55,775 bases of DNA, from the NCBI GenBank assembly GCA_017461055.1, contig JAFTZI010000061.1, positions 1 to 55,775 of the forward strand, in the 5' to 3' direction. The position numbers and the translations under genes were made by a program. Origin of the DNA: Clostridia bacterium (GTDB lineage: Bacteria; Bacillota; Clostridia; Oscillospirales; CAG-272). A model generated the notes under the pieces. That model had not been told where the DNA came from. It saw only the letters and a list, made by a program, of their open reading frames with translations, and did not search any database. Numbering within the stretch: the stretch's first letter is position 1; each line of letters begins with the position of its first letter. Below are positions 15,048-24,917 of this stretch, piece by piece.

Positions 15048-16001
15048 TTATTTTCCTCTGTTATCCGTACCCTTGAACAGCTTAATTTCAAAGTCGCCGA
15101 ATAGTCTGCTTGTTATTCTGTCATTGTAGGATTTGCGTATTTCTGCCGAGCCTAAGTTGGTGCTTAATATAATAGGAAGCTTTTTGTTAAGACGAGTGTT
15201 AATAAGGTTATAAAGGCAGGAAACGGTAAAGTTTGTAATTACCTCTGTGCCAAGGTCGTCAATAATCAAAAGGTCGCACTCCATATACTTGCTTGAAACA
15301 GGCTCCTCGCCGTTATAACGGTCACGGAAGCGGTCATTTTCAAAATCCGCAAAAATATTGGTTGCGGTTTCGTAAATAACGCTTTGTCCCTTTTCAATAA
15401 GCGCCTTTGCAATAGCGGTTGACAAATGTGTTTTTCCAATGCCTGTGCCGCCTACAAAAAGCAAATTCGCCTTTTTTTCGGGAAATTCGTTTACGTATTC
15501 CTTTAAATCCTCAACTAAGGACTCCATAATTTCCCTGTCCGCGCCCTTATAAAAGTCAAGAGAAAAATTCTCAAAGCCTTGGCTTGAAATAAGCTCACCC
15601 ACACCCGAGGACTCAAGCTGCTTTGTAATCAAAGCGCGCTTTAAGCATTGACACATTTTACCGTTTATGTAGCCTTGGTCACGGCAAGATTCACACTCGA
15701 ATTTCATATCTGTGTAGTCTGCGCTGAATCCGTTTTCCAAAAGCAAAGCGCTTCTTTTGTCGTTAAGAGATTTGTTTTCTTCCTTTAATTTATTAATTCT
15801 TTCTTCAAGCCCGTCCTTGCCTTGAAGACTTGCCCCTAAAATTTGAAGACCTGTTAAGGAAAGGGCGCGGTCAATCTCTTTTAATTCGGGAATCTTTGCA
15901 TATGCGGCTACAAGACGGGAATCTCGCAATTCCTCATTGCGCTTGCGCTTATCATTAAATTCATTAAAAACCTGAGAAACGGTATCCTTTGAATAGCTCA
16001 T
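15048..16001 (-). CDS. DnaC/DnaI-like helicase loader ATPase (IstB-like AAA+)
   Basis: CESCRDQG..MCQC Zn site, Walker A GGTGIGKT, LLIIDDLGTE, STNL, RITSRL; coupled to the DnaD gene. Confidence 0.85.
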   Translation of the reverse strand: MSYSKDTVSQVFNEFNDKRKRNEELRDSRLVAAYAKIPELKEIDRALSLTGLQILGASLQGKDGLEERINKLKEENKSLNDKRSALLLENGFSADYTDMKFECESCRDQGYINGKMCQCLKRALITKQLESSGVGELISSQGFENFSLDFYKGADREIMESLVEDLKEYVNEFPEKKANLLFVGGTGIGKTHLSTAIAKALIEKGQSVIYETATNIFADFENDRFRDRYNGEEPVSSKYMECDLLIIDDLGTEVITNFTVSCLYNLINTRLNKKLPIILSTNLGSAEIRKSYNDRITSRLFGDFEIKLFKGTDNRGK

Positions 16002-16957
16002 TTTTTCTTCCTTTCCAGCATTTTTTCGTTAGAACGCTTAAGGGCAGCCTCAAAAAATTCATCTGTATCAAAGGTTGACATTTGAATTTTCTGCTTGCTT
16101 TTATAATTTTCAAGAGATTTCTCGGCATCCTCTACGGTTTTAATACCGCTGTTGTGCCAGTTTTCGAGGATTTTCGCCATATAGGCATAGGAAAGCTTTC
16201 CTTGACATTTTTCAATGGTAATTTCATATGCCTTGCAAATTAGGTTAAAATCGGTCTTTAAGCCAATCCACTTTTCAATAATATTTCTTTCGCTTTTTGT
16301 AAACTCACGCTCGCCAATGCCCAAAAGCTTTCTTATCTTATACTCCAAGCTCCTCTTGTTGCGTCGCGCGGAAAAATGCTCCTCTAATTTTGAATAGGAG
16401 GAAATTCCCTCGTCGTAAAGATTAGAAGCGGTTTTTCTTATGTATGCCCAGCTTGCCTTGTCAATTTCAACACAATGCGCAAGGAGCAAAAGTATAAATT
16501 CATCACTAAGCTTGAAATAGGACTTTAGCTGCATTATATTATTATAATCGTGGGCAGTAAAGCTCTTTGACATAATAGCCTGACATTCGTTACAAAGAGA
16601 ACGGAAGGATTTGTTGCTTTCCACATAGGAAAGAATTTGCTTGCCTGTATATGCAGGAGAACGGTTGTTAGCATAACCGTCTGCGGCTACGGCATCACTG
16701 AAAGTCACATCCAAGCCCTCAACGCTGATTATACCCTTGCTCATCCAAAAGGCAAGAGCATCCTTTATTTCATTTACATTTAAGTTAAGTCTTTGAGAAA
16801 GGGTGGTTAAATAGGGCTCAAAATCCCATAGGTGCTGTGGCGCGCCCGCTAAGCTTAAAAGCACCTTTAATTGCTCCTCGCTTGCCATGGGCACAAGCTC
16901 CGTAACCCCCAGCGGTAAATTAAGAATACCACCCGTATATTTCATTTCGATTTTCAT
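15998..16957 (-). CDS. DnaD/DnaB-domain replication protein
   Basis: Two DnaD-like repeats (WAYIRKTA; YAYMAKILENWHNSGIKT); GGAG RBS supports ATG 16957. Confidence 0.85.
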   Translation of the reverse strand: MKIEMKYTGGILNLPLGVTELVPMASEEQLKVLLSLAGAPQHLWDFEPYLTTLSQRLNLNVNEIKDALAFWMSKGIISVEGLDVTFSDAVAADGYANNRSPAYTGKQILSYVESNKSFRSLCNECQAIMSKSFTAHDYNNIMQLKSYFKLSDEFILLLLAHCVEIDKASWAYIRKTASNLYDEGISSYSKLEEHFSARRNKRSLEYKIRKLLGIGEREFTKSERNIIEKWIGLKTDFNLICKAYEITIEKCQGKLSYAYMAKILENWHNSGIKTVEDAEKSLENYKSKQKIQMSTFDTDEFFEAALKRSNEKMLERKKK

Positions 16958-16970
16958 TATTTTCTCCAAA

Positions 16971-17972
16971 TCAGGACGGATAAGCATTTAAGCTCTCGTC
17001 AGCTATGCTTCCGTTAAGATATTCATAATAGCCCTGCGCGCCAATCATTGCAGCATTGTCGCCGCACAGGAACAGGTCGGGAGCATAAAACTCAGCTCCG
17101 CATTTTTTGCAAACCCTGTCAATGCCTGCGCGTATATGGGAATTTGCGCTGACTCCGCCGGCTAAAACAATTTTCTTGTAGCCTGTTTTTTCAAGCGCCA
17201 TTTGTACCTTAGATGAAACAGCCTCCACAATTGAGCGTGTACAGCTTGCGGCTACGTCTGCGCGTGGAATTTCCTCGCCCTTCTGATTTTTGGTGTTAAG
17301 GTAATTTACGCAAGCGGTTTTAAGTCCGCTAAAGGAAAAGTCAAGTGTGTCCTTGGAAATTGCGGGAGAAGGAAATGCAATAGCATCCTTGTTGCCCTCT
17401 TTGGCAAGCTTGTCCATAGCGGCGCCGCCCGGATAGGGAAGCCCCATAACTCTGCCTATTTTATCAAAGCATTCGCCAACAGCATCATCACGGGTAGATG
17501 CAATTTCCTCGTACTCCGTGTATGATTTTACATCAAAAAACGATGTATGCCCACCCGAAACAACGAGAGCCAAAAAGGGTGGCTCAAGCTCCTTGTGAGT
17601 TAAGTAATTTGAAGCTACGTGACCCTTAATATGGTCAACCGGCACAAGAGGAATGTTGTTTGCAAAGGCAAGTGATTTTGCAAAGTTAACGCAAACAAGC
17701 AAGGCTCCGATTAAGCCGGGACCGTTTGTTACACAAATAGCATCTACCGCATCAAGAGTAATGCCTGCTTTTTCAAGCGCCTCGTAGGTGATTTTAGAAA
17801 CAGCCTCAATGTGAGCTCTTGATGCAATCTCAGGCACAACACCGCCGTAAAGCGCGTGTATATCTACCTGGGAGGCAATAATATTGGATTTTAAAATTCG
17901 TTTGTCCGTGTCCATTTCCAAAACCGCGCAGGCAGTTTCGTCACAGGAGGACTCAAAGGCTAAAATATACAT
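16971..17972 (-). CDS. tsaD: tRNA t6A threonylcarbamoyltransferase TsaD
   Basis: ESSCDET, YGGVVPEIASRAH, GPGLIGAL, HIKGH, VSGGHT, DDAVGECFDK, FSFSGLKT, DNAAMIG. Confidence 0.96.
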   Translation of the reverse strand: MYILAFESSCDETACAVLEMDTDKRILKSNIIASQVDIHALYGGVVPEIASRAHIEAVSKITYEALEKAGITLDAVDAICVTNGPGLIGALLVCVNFAKSLAFANNIPLVPVDHIKGHVASNYLTHKELEPPFLALVVSGGHTSFFDVKSYTEYEEIASTRDDAVGECFDKIGRVMGLPYPGGAAMDKLAKEGNKDAIAFPSPAISKDTLDFSFSGLKTACVNYLNTKNQKGEEIPRADVAASCTRSIVEAVSSKVQMALEKTGYKKIVLAGGVSANSHIRAGIDRVCKKCGAEFYAPDLFLCGDNAAMIGAQGYYEYLNGSIADESLNAYPS

Positions 17973-18425
17973 TTATAACTCCAAATTCATAAGAAGCGCA
18001 TCCTCTAAGGGAGCCTTGAAATGACCCCTTGAGGTGCCAACAGCATAAAAGCCAAAGCCCTCATAAAGAGCAATAGCGCTTTTGTTTGACACACGCACCT
18101 CTAAAAAGTACTTTGTTATGCCCTTTTCACGTCCGTGCAGTAAAAGAGCATCCATAATTTTTCTTCCGATTCCCCTTCGTCTGTAAGGGGAGCTAACCGC
18201 AAAATTAATAATCTGACATTCGTCAATAATAAGAGTAAAGCTGACATAACCAACTATGTCCTTGCCGATTTTTGCAACCAAAACGTTTGATATTTCGCTT
18301 TCGTATAAATCTAAAAAGTCCTTTTCCTTAAAGGGATAAGAAAAGCATTCGTTTTCAATTTTTGCAAGCCCCTCTATATCGGCTTTGTCAAACAGTGTAA
18401 TATTCAAATCTTCCATATATGTCAC
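17973..18425 (-). CDS. rimI: Ribosomal protein alanine acetyltransferase RimI (GNAT)
   Basis: YRRRGIG, LEVRVSN..AIALYE..GF, EDALLM; next to tsaD. Confidence 0.85.
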   Translation of the reverse strand: MTYMEDLNITLFDKADIEGLAKIENECFSYPFKEKDFLDLYESEISNVLVAKIGKDIVGYVSFTLIIDECQIINFAVSSPYRRRGIGRKIMDALLLHGREKGITKYFLEVRVSNKSAIALYEGFGFYAVGTSRGHFKAPLEDALLMNLEL

Positions 18426-18427
18426 CG

Positions 18428-20521
18428 TTAACTAAAATCAAAAACAACAACCGAGTTTTCATCAAGCTTCAGGCAAGCGTCAAAGGATTTGTTGTTTTTG
18501 GAAATAAAGCCGCTGATTTTTCCTGTTTTGCCTGAGGCTAACAGAGCCTTTGCGTGGTAAACGGAAATGCTTTTTTGACAAATGCGCTTCCATATAACAA
18601 ACTTACAACCGTTTTTGTAATTTGAACAGCCATAGCCCTTTCGTCCGTTTATAATTTCGCTTCCGCAAAGAGGACAAATGCCAATATGCTCGCCAACAAC
18701 GCCAATGTTGGTTTCTACGTCCTTGCCCACGTCAAAAACAGCTTGAATTTCACCCTCGGCTAAATGGACACTGTCGAAAATCGTACACTCCCCTCGGTAA
18801 ACTCGCTTAAGTGACTGACCTAACTGTGAGGTTTTGTACTTGTCCATATTAATACCAAGCTGTGAAAGCGACTCAATAAGATACTCACCGTCGGGCTGAA
18901 TATGGTAAACGTCCTTTTTAAGCGCAATATAGGCGCTCTTGCAGGCATTGTCTATAATTCCTGTTCTTGTAGCCTCAGTGCCAAGCTCCAAGCCCTCGAA
19001 AATCGCCTTATAATCCTCATCGTCATTTTCGTCGGCGTTTTGCTTGTCCTCTTTAAAAGGGTTTTTAAGGTAATTGTTCAAGGTTTCAATTGTGTAATGC
19101 TTTGGCGGAGTAGTTTCCTTTTCCACAGGCTTAAACAGGGTATTTACCTTGTCCCCCTTAGTAAGCTTTGGCAAAATTTTGTCCTTAGGCGTGTAATCAT
19201 CAAACTTAGTCCAGCCCTTTTGGGTAATAACCGTACCCTTTAAGGTAAAGGTTTCATAGTCCCCTACGCTGATTTTGATTTCGCTCTTTTCGCAAAGACA
19301 GTCCTCGTCACAAAATACAGCAACAAAACGTCTTAAAATAGTAGAGTAAACCTGCTTTTCCTTTTCGGAAAGTGCGCTTGGCGAAGGAATTTTATAGGTA
19401 GGGGTAAGAGCAGAGTGGCTCTCAATTTTAGAGTCGTCAAAAATGCTCTTGCCAAGCTTAAACTTTATTGGGTATCCAAGCTTTTGTACGCTTGAAATAA
19501 TTGTCTTGACTTTTCCCTGCTCAGCAGTAGCCAAATACTCTGAGTTGGTACGGGGGTATGTTACATAGCCGTCCTCGTAAAGCTTTTGAACAATGCTTAA
19601 GGAATCGTCCATTGACATCTTGTATTTCTTTCCGAGATAGCCCTGTAATTTTGATAGAGAAAACAATTTTGGCGGGGGGAGTGTGCTTTTTTTGGTGGTG
19701 ACAGAGGTAACAATGGCATCTACACCGTTGTATTTCTCGCACATCAGCTTAGCATCCTCTAATTGCTCCTTGGTGAATTTGTTTTTAGAGGTTAACTCAA
19801 CAAATTCATCATTTGTTTTCTCGTTTGAGGAAATAACGTAATACTTTTGCGGAACAAAATTACGTATTTCCAGGTCTCTGTCATAAATAGCCTTTACAAT
19901 AGGCACAATAACACGTCCTACGCGAAGCAGCTTGCCTGTTTTAAGTGTGGCAAAGCGAGTAAGATTTACACCGTAAAGCCAGTCAATATATGTTCTTGCA
20001 AAGCCCTCGTTGGCAAGATTTTCATACTCACTCTCGTCCTTCATATCTTGAAGCCCTGCCGATATGGTTTCAGGCGTTTGGTCGGGCAGCCACAAGCGGA
20101 CAAAGCTCTTGCTTCCGCTTAATGCGTGAGAAACGCAAAGACGAACAATAATTTCACCCTCGCGGTCAGAGTCACCTGCGTTAACTATGGTATCAACGTC
20201 ACCTCTGTTGCAAAGCCTTTTGATAATGTTAAACTGCTTTTCAACACCGCTGTCAACCTGCTTTTTGTCGTTTTTTCTTAAATTAAACTTAAATTCCTTA
20301 GGAAAGCATGGAAGATTGTCCATAGTCCATCTGCCGCTTTCCGAGGGAGTATAATCCTCAATATCAGCCAAGGAGAAAAGATGACCGAAAACCCAAGTAA
20401 CAATATAAGAGCCACCCTCATAGTATCCGTTATATTTTTTCATTTCGTCCTTTTGCAGCTTGGCAATACCGGATAAAATATTCCTTGCAAGGGACGGCTT
20501 TTCCGCAATAATAAGATACAT
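18428..20521 (-). CDS. topB: Type IA DNA topoisomerase III
   Basis: IIAEKPS, NAGDSDREGE, catalytic TYPRT, HSALTPT, LGTEATR, C-terminal Zn ribbon CPLCG..GCSNY..C. Confidence 0.88.
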   Translation of the reverse strand: MYLIIAEKPSLARNILSGIAKLQKDEMKKYNGYYEGGSYIVTWVFGHLFSLADIEDYTPSESGRWTMDNLPCFPKEFKFNLRKNDKKQVDSGVEKQFNIIKRLCNRGDVDTIVNAGDSDREGEIIVRLCVSHALSGSKSFVRLWLPDQTPETISAGLQDMKDESEYENLANEGFARTYIDWLYGVNLTRFATLKTGKLLRVGRVIVPIVKAIYDRDLEIRNFVPQKYYVISSNEKTNDEFVELTSKNKFTKEQLEDAKLMCEKYNGVDAIVTSVTTKKSTLPPPKLFSLSKLQGYLGKKYKMSMDDSLSIVQKLYEDGYVTYPRTNSEYLATAEQGKVKTIISSVQKLGYPIKFKLGKSIFDDSKIESHSALTPTYKIPSPSALSEKEKQVYSTILRRFVAVFCDEDCLCEKSEIKISVGDYETFTLKGTVITQKGWTKFDDYTPKDKILPKLTKGDKVNTLFKPVEKETTPPKHYTIETLNNYLKNPFKEDKQNADENDDEDYKAIFEGLELGTEATRTGIIDNACKSAYIALKKDVYHIQPDGEYLIESLSQLGINMDKYKTSQLGQSLKRVYRGECTIFDSVHLAEGEIQAVFDVGKDVETNIGVVGEHIGICPLCGSEIINGRKGYGCSNYKNGCKFVIWKRICQKSISVYHAKALLASGKTGKISGFISKNNKSFDACLKLDENSVVVFDFS

Positions 20522-20565
20522 AAATTCTCCTTTCGTAATATTTAAAAAATAAGCGCATTAAAAAT

Positions 20566-20594
20566 ATTGTACCATAAAACCGAGTACAATTCAA
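20566..20594 (-). promoter_or_regulatory. sigmaA promoter of the topB-rimI-tsaD-dnaD-dnaC unit
   Basis: TTGAAT-17 nt-TACAAT with extended TGn. Confidence 0.55.
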
Positions 20595-20629
20595 GTATTA
20601 TAAAATAACTGTTTGTAAAATCGTAAGAT

Positions 20630-20998
20630 TTACTGCTCCCGTCTGCACACCTGACAAATCATTCCGCCACCGATCCTTTCAACCCAGGTATGCTCCTTTT
20701 TGTTAGTGGTTACGTTACAATCGTCATAATCGCAAATAAACCAGTGAAAGTCCGCGTCTCCTCCCCAAATCAGCTTGGAGTATGTATGCTCGATGTGGGA
20801 AAGCTTGGGAATTTCCTCGCTTTTCATTTCTCCGCAATCAACACAGGTGTAAATGTAATAGCCCTTTTCCTCGGTGGTGGGCTCCTTTGCGGTGTAGCCC
20901 CTGTCCCATACATGCTCACACTCCCCGCAGGAGCAAAAAGCAAGGGGGAGTGTGGCTAAAATGCAAATAAGAGCCAAAATCAAGCTACTTCTTTTCAC
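20630..20998 (-). CDS. Small Cys/His-rich putative lipoprotein
   Basis: GTG start gives MKRSSLILALICILATLPLAFCSC signal peptide, then EHVW..CVDCG..HTY..HWFICDYDDC..HTW..CQVC motifs. Confidence 0.65.
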   Translation of the reverse strand: MKRSSLILALICILATLPLAFCSCGECEHVWDRGYTAKEPTTEEKGYYIYTCVDCGEMKSEEIPKLSHIEHTYSKLIWGGDADFHWFICDYDDCNVTTNKKEHTWVERIGGGMICQVCRREQ

Positions 20999-21197
20999 CT
21001 TTATTTTCCACCTTTTTCTTTGTTCCGTCGGGGTATTGAATATATGTGTTATCAAGTATGCCGCGCATTGAGGCGCGGAACGCCTTAATATACGCTTCAC
21101 GCAGCCTTTTTTGCTCAGCCGCTTCCTCTTCTGTCAAGCCCTCTTCTCGTTGCTTTTTAGCAAGGGCATTAATTTTATCTAAGCTTGCCTTGTCCAT
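20985..21197 (-). CDS. DUF896 (YnzC-like) protein
   Basis: KINALAKKQREEGLTEEE..EQKRLREAYIKAFR. Confidence 0.9.
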   Translation of the reverse strand: MDKASLDKINALAKKQREEGLTEEEAAEQKRLREAYIKAFRASMRGILDNTYIQYPDGTKKKVENKGEKK

Positions 21198-21231
21198 TTT
21201 TAGCTCCTTATATTTATTTGACGGAATATTC

Positions 21232-22284
21232 CTAACATATAATTCCGCCGCCGATTACTGTATCACCGTCGTAAAGCACAACGCTTTGACCCTTGCAGAT
21301 TGCTCTTTGCGGCTCGTCAAAGGTCACGCGCAAAAGTCCGTTTTCCATAACGGCATAGGCGTCCCTTTCCTCTTGCTTGTAACGGATTTTTGCCTTAACG
21401 CGCATAGGCTTATCAATCTTGTCAACAGCCAACAGGTTAACGTCCCTTGCAAAAAGCTCTTTTTTCATAAGATGCTCCGTATCTCCGATAATAACCTGAT
21501 TTTTGCTTAAATCCTTATCAATCACATACATAGAGTGGTCAAGGGCAAGTCCAAGCCCCTTTCTTTGACCTATGGTGTACCTTATAATTCCCTTGTGCTT
21601 GCCAAGAATTTTACCGTCATATCTTATAAAATCGCCCTGGGGGTATTTTTTGCCTGTGTACTCCTCAATAAACTTAGCATAGTCACCGTCAGGCACAAAG
21701 CAAATGTCCTGACTATCCTTTTTAAGCGACACGTCCAAGCCTATTTTTGATGCAATTTCTCTCGTTTTGGATTTTGCTTCAATATTGCCAAGGGGAAAAA
21801 TAACGCTTTCAAGCCTGTCCCTTGACAGCCTGTAAAGAACATAGCTTTGGTCCTTACTTAAGTCCCTTGACTTCTTTAGCACAACCCGACCGTATTTTTC
21901 ACTGTATTCGGTTATGGCATAATGTCCTGTGGCAATATGGTCATATCCGTTTTTCTCGCCATACTCAAACAGCTTATCAAACTTTAAATGAAAATTGCAC
22001 TCAATGCAAGGGTTGGGGGTTGCGCCGTTTTCGTATGACTCAATAAAATTATTAATTACGTATTTATCAAAATCTGAGGAAAAATCAAGGACCCTGTGTT
22101 CAATATTTAATGAGTCACAAACCGATTTTGCATCCTCAATGTCCCCATCCTTAACACAGCCCTGCTTGTCCTTGGCGTGCAAAAGCATTGTAGCGCCCAA
22201 GCAAGCATAGCCCTGCTTCTTTATTAAATATGCAACAGCAGAGCTGTCAACTCCGCCGCTCATAGCTATTAAAACCCTTTTCAA
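21232..22284 (-). CDS. mnmA: tRNA 2-thiouridylase MnmA
   Basis: AMSGGVDSS, TPNPCIECN, ATGHYA, KDQSYVL, DSQDICF, YTIGQRKGLG, GQSVVLY. Confidence 0.96.
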   Translation of the reverse strand: MKRVLIAMSGGVDSSAVAYLIKKQGYACLGATMLLHAKDKQGCVKDGDIEDAKSVCDSLNIEHRVLDFSSDFDKYVINNFIESYENGATPNPCIECNFHLKFDKLFEYGEKNGYDHIATGHYAITEYSEKYGRVVLKKSRDLSKDQSYVLYRLSRDRLESVIFPLGNIEAKSKTREIASKIGLDVSLKKDSQDICFVPDGDYAKFIEEYTGKKYPQGDFIRYDGKILGKHKGIIRYTIGQRKGLGLALDHSMYVIDKDLSKNQVIIGDTEHLMKKELFARDVNLLAVDKIDKPMRVKAKIRYKQEERDAYAVMENGLLRVTFDEPQRAICKGQSVVLYDGDTVIGGGIIC

Positions 22285-24420
22285 TTAAAAAACGTAGCTT
22301 CCTTTCTCAACATTATATGTAACTCCGTCAATTATTACAGTCGCCTTAACAGGAGTTGTGATTTCGTATCTGAAGCCATTTTCCTCCTTGTACCAAGCAC
22401 TTGTAATTTCGCCGTGTCTTGTTTCAAGCTTAGCGCTTAAATAGTCAAGCTTTTTAGTTGGGGTAGGCGCAATTATAATCTCCTCAAAGCCGGGCTTTTC
22501 GTCAACGGTCTTAATACCGCAGGCAACACCGTAAACCCAGTCCGCAACGCTACCGTAAGCGTAGTGGTTAAAGGAGTTCATATCCTTTGACCAAAACTCG
22601 CCCTTGTCGTTAACTCCGTCCCAATGCTCCCAAATGGTAGTAGCGCCCTGCTTAACTGAATATAGCCAGGAAGGATAGCTTTCCTGTAAAAGCAGGTCAT
22701 AGGCTAATTCGACATAACCGTTTTGGCTGAGCGCGTGCAAAAGATACGGAGTGCCAACAAAGCCTGTTTGCAGTCTTGTACCGTTTTCCTTAATCATTTT
22801 TGCAAGCCCGTCAGCAGTAGCTCTTTTATCCTCGGCAATGCCAAAGTACAATGCCAAAACATACTCTGTTTGTGTCTTGTATTCCTTAAAGGTCTTTCTT
22901 ATTGTCTTAAGAATGTTTTCGGCAAGCCTTTCGTATTTCTCCACATTTTTGCCTAAAGCTCTGCCTGTCTTTATAGTTAAGACAGTAGAGTAGTAGTAGA
23001 ATACAGAGGCAATAAAGTCATCACGTGTTGAGCCCTTGTAGCTTCCTGCGGGAGCGTCTAGTCCAAGCCAGTCGCCAAAATGATGCACACCGCCTGTCCA
23101 CAAATATTTCTTTGTGGAGTCCTTGCCCATAAATGCAACATATTTGCACATACAAGGGTACATTTCCTTAAGTATTTTTTTGTTACCGTAGGTTAAGTAA
23201 ATTTGATAAGGGCAAACAGTTACAGCATCTCCCCAAGCGGCGCTTGACTTTTCATTGCTCCAATATTGGGGAACAACGTGAGGCAGAGCGCCGTTTTCAA
23301 ATTGGTCAAGCTTCATATCTCTTAACCACTTTTCAAAAAACCTCTCAACGTCGTAGTTGTATGTAGCGGTTTTTACAAATACCTGCGCATCACCTGTCCA
23401 GCCCATTCTCTCATCTCTTTGCGGGCAGTCTGTCGGAATGTCAAGGAAGTTGCCCTTTTGTCCCCAGATAATGTTTGAAAACAGCTTGTTAAGTAACGGA
23501 CTTGAGGAATTAAGATAGCCTGTCCTCTTAATGTCGGAGTGTACAACAATAGCCTTTATGTGCTCAGGGGTGATTTCGCAGGGGAAGGAGTTAACTCTTA
23601 TGTACCTGAAGCCATAGAAGGTAAGTCTTGGCTTGTAGGTGTTTTCGCCCTCGGCGCAAATATATTCAAATTCACTCTTTGCAGTACGGTAGTTTTCTGT
23701 GTAGAAATTACCGTCACTGTCAAGAACCTCAGCAAAGGAAAATGAAATCCTATCTCCCTTATGAGCATTAACCTTAAATTCAAAGTAGCCGGTTAAATTT
23801 TGGTTAAAGTCAATTACGGTTTCGCCCTTGGGAGTTACAAAAATTTTGTGTGGGGCTAAAATTTCATTTTCAACAATCTTTTCGCCCTGCTGATTTACAA
23901 TCATTTCCTTCGGGTAGTCAAATTCCTTACAGGGCACATACTTTTCCTCAAATAAAGAATCATAATGCTCACCGTCGTAAATGTCAGCAAAGGTAACCTT
24001 ACTCATTGATGCAAGCCAGCTCTTGTCGGAATAAATGTATTCCTTCTGACCGTTTTCAAGGGTTAACTCAAGCTCGCAAATAAGAGCCTGATACCAGTCG
24101 GGATGCTCCTGTGAATTCCTCCAGTTAATCCTGCCCTTAAACCAGTCAAGAGCCAAGGTAACCTTAATTGTGTTTGTTGTATCTAAAAGCTCTGTTACAT
24201 CATAGGTCTGCATTTGTACACGCTTAACCGATGTGCATCCGGGAGCAAGAATGAAATCTCCTACGCGCCTGCCGTTAATTTCGGCATAGTAACAGCCAAG
24301 AGAAGTGATTTTAAGAGTTGCCCTTTTTACGTTATGCACATTAAAATCCCTTTTTAAGTTAATTGCCTCAAAGCCGTTTGGTTGCGTGGGATAGGATATC
24401 CATTTTGAATTATTAAGCAT
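22285..24420 (-). CDS. GH78 alpha-L-rhamnosidase (cytoplasmic)
   Basis: DFNQNLTG, TFYGFRY, PTDCPQRDERMGWTGD, TGFVGT, GATTIWEHW, SFNHYAYG; no signal peptide. Confidence 0.92.
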   Translation of the reverse strand: MLNNSKWISYPTQPNGFEAINLKRDFNVHNVKRATLKITSLGCYYAEINGRRVGDFILAPGCTSVKRVQMQTYDVTELLDTTNTIKVTLALDWFKGRINWRNSQEHPDWYQALICELELTLENGQKEYIYSDKSWLASMSKVTFADIYDGEHYDSLFEEKYVPCKEFDYPKEMIVNQQGEKIVENEILAPHKIFVTPKGETVIDFNQNLTGYFEFKVNAHKGDRISFSFAEVLDSDGNFYTENYRTAKSEFEYICAEGENTYKPRLTFYGFRYIRVNSFPCEITPEHIKAIVVHSDIKRTGYLNSSSPLLNKLFSNIIWGQKGNFLDIPTDCPQRDERMGWTGDAQVFVKTATYNYDVERFFEKWLRDMKLDQFENGALPHVVPQYWSNEKSSAAWGDAVTVCPYQIYLTYGNKKILKEMYPCMCKYVAFMGKDSTKKYLWTGGVHHFGDWLGLDAPAGSYKGSTRDDFIASVFYYYSTVLTIKTGRALGKNVEKYERLAENILKTIRKTFKEYKTQTEYVLALYFGIAEDKRATADGLAKMIKENGTRLQTGFVGTPYLLHALSQNGYVELAYDLLLQESYPSWLYSVKQGATTIWEHWDGVNDKGEFWSKDMNSFNHYAYGSVADWVYGVACGIKTVDEKPGFEEIIIAPTPTKKLDYLSAKLETRHGEITSAWYKEENGFRYEITTPVKATVIIDGVTYNVEKGSYVF

Positions 24421-24508
24421 AGTATGAGTTCCTTCTGAAATATATAATATAGTACTAACACTATTTTAGCATATTTGTAAAAAAAATCAATAAGTTTATA
24501 CAAAACTA

Positions 24509-24561
24509 TTGACAAAAGTATTTCGTTGTGTTACAATGAACATATGAACAATTGCTCATAT
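24509..24561 (+). promoter_or_regulatory. sigmaA promoter plus ArsR/SmtB operator
   Basis: TTGACA-17 nt-TACAAT (TGn); near-perfect palindrome ATATGAACAA/TTGCTCATAT at 24542-24561 over the predicted start site. Confidence 0.8.
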
Positions 24562-24588
24562 TTGAGCAAGCAAGAAAAGGAGATAATT

Positions 24589-24915
24589 ATGGACAACTCA
24601 TTGGCACTTACAAGAATTAAGGAAACTATTACAAGAAACGGAGAGCTTTTTGACAGTCTTGCTCAGCTTTACAAGATTTTTGCTGACAGCAGCCGTGTTA
24701 AAATACTTGTAGCTCTTACACAAAGCGAAATGTGTGTAAGCGAAATTTCCGAATTTTTATCTATTACTCAGTCAGCTGTTTCGCATCAGCTTAGAATTTT
24801 AAAGTCAAGCAATCTTGTTAAAACAAGACGTGACGGTAAAAACATTGTATATTCATTGACAGATAATCACGTAAGAACAATTATTGACTGTGGTATGGAG
24901 CACGTAACAGAATAA
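24589..24915 (+). CDS. ArsR/SmtB family metal-sensing repressor
   Basis: KIFADSSRVKIL, CVSEIS, QSAVSHQLRILK, alpha5 site DNH-x10-HVTE; AAGGAG RBS supports ATG 24589. Confidence 0.9.
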   Translation: MDNSLALTRIKETITRNGELFDSLAQLYKIFADSSRVKILVALTQSEMCVSEISEFLSITQSAVSHQLRILKSSNLVKTRRDGKNIVYSLTDNHVRTIIDCGMEHVTE

Positions 24916-24917
24916 TA

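Noticed and set aside
15048-16957. IS21 istB or prophage replication module
   Set aside because: No istA, integrase or phage genes; the DnaD plus DnaC-like pair is coupled to tsaD as a chromosomal housekeeping unit
18428-20521. Conjugative-element topoisomerase
   Set aside because: No relaxase, T4SS or integrase nearby; embedded among core genes
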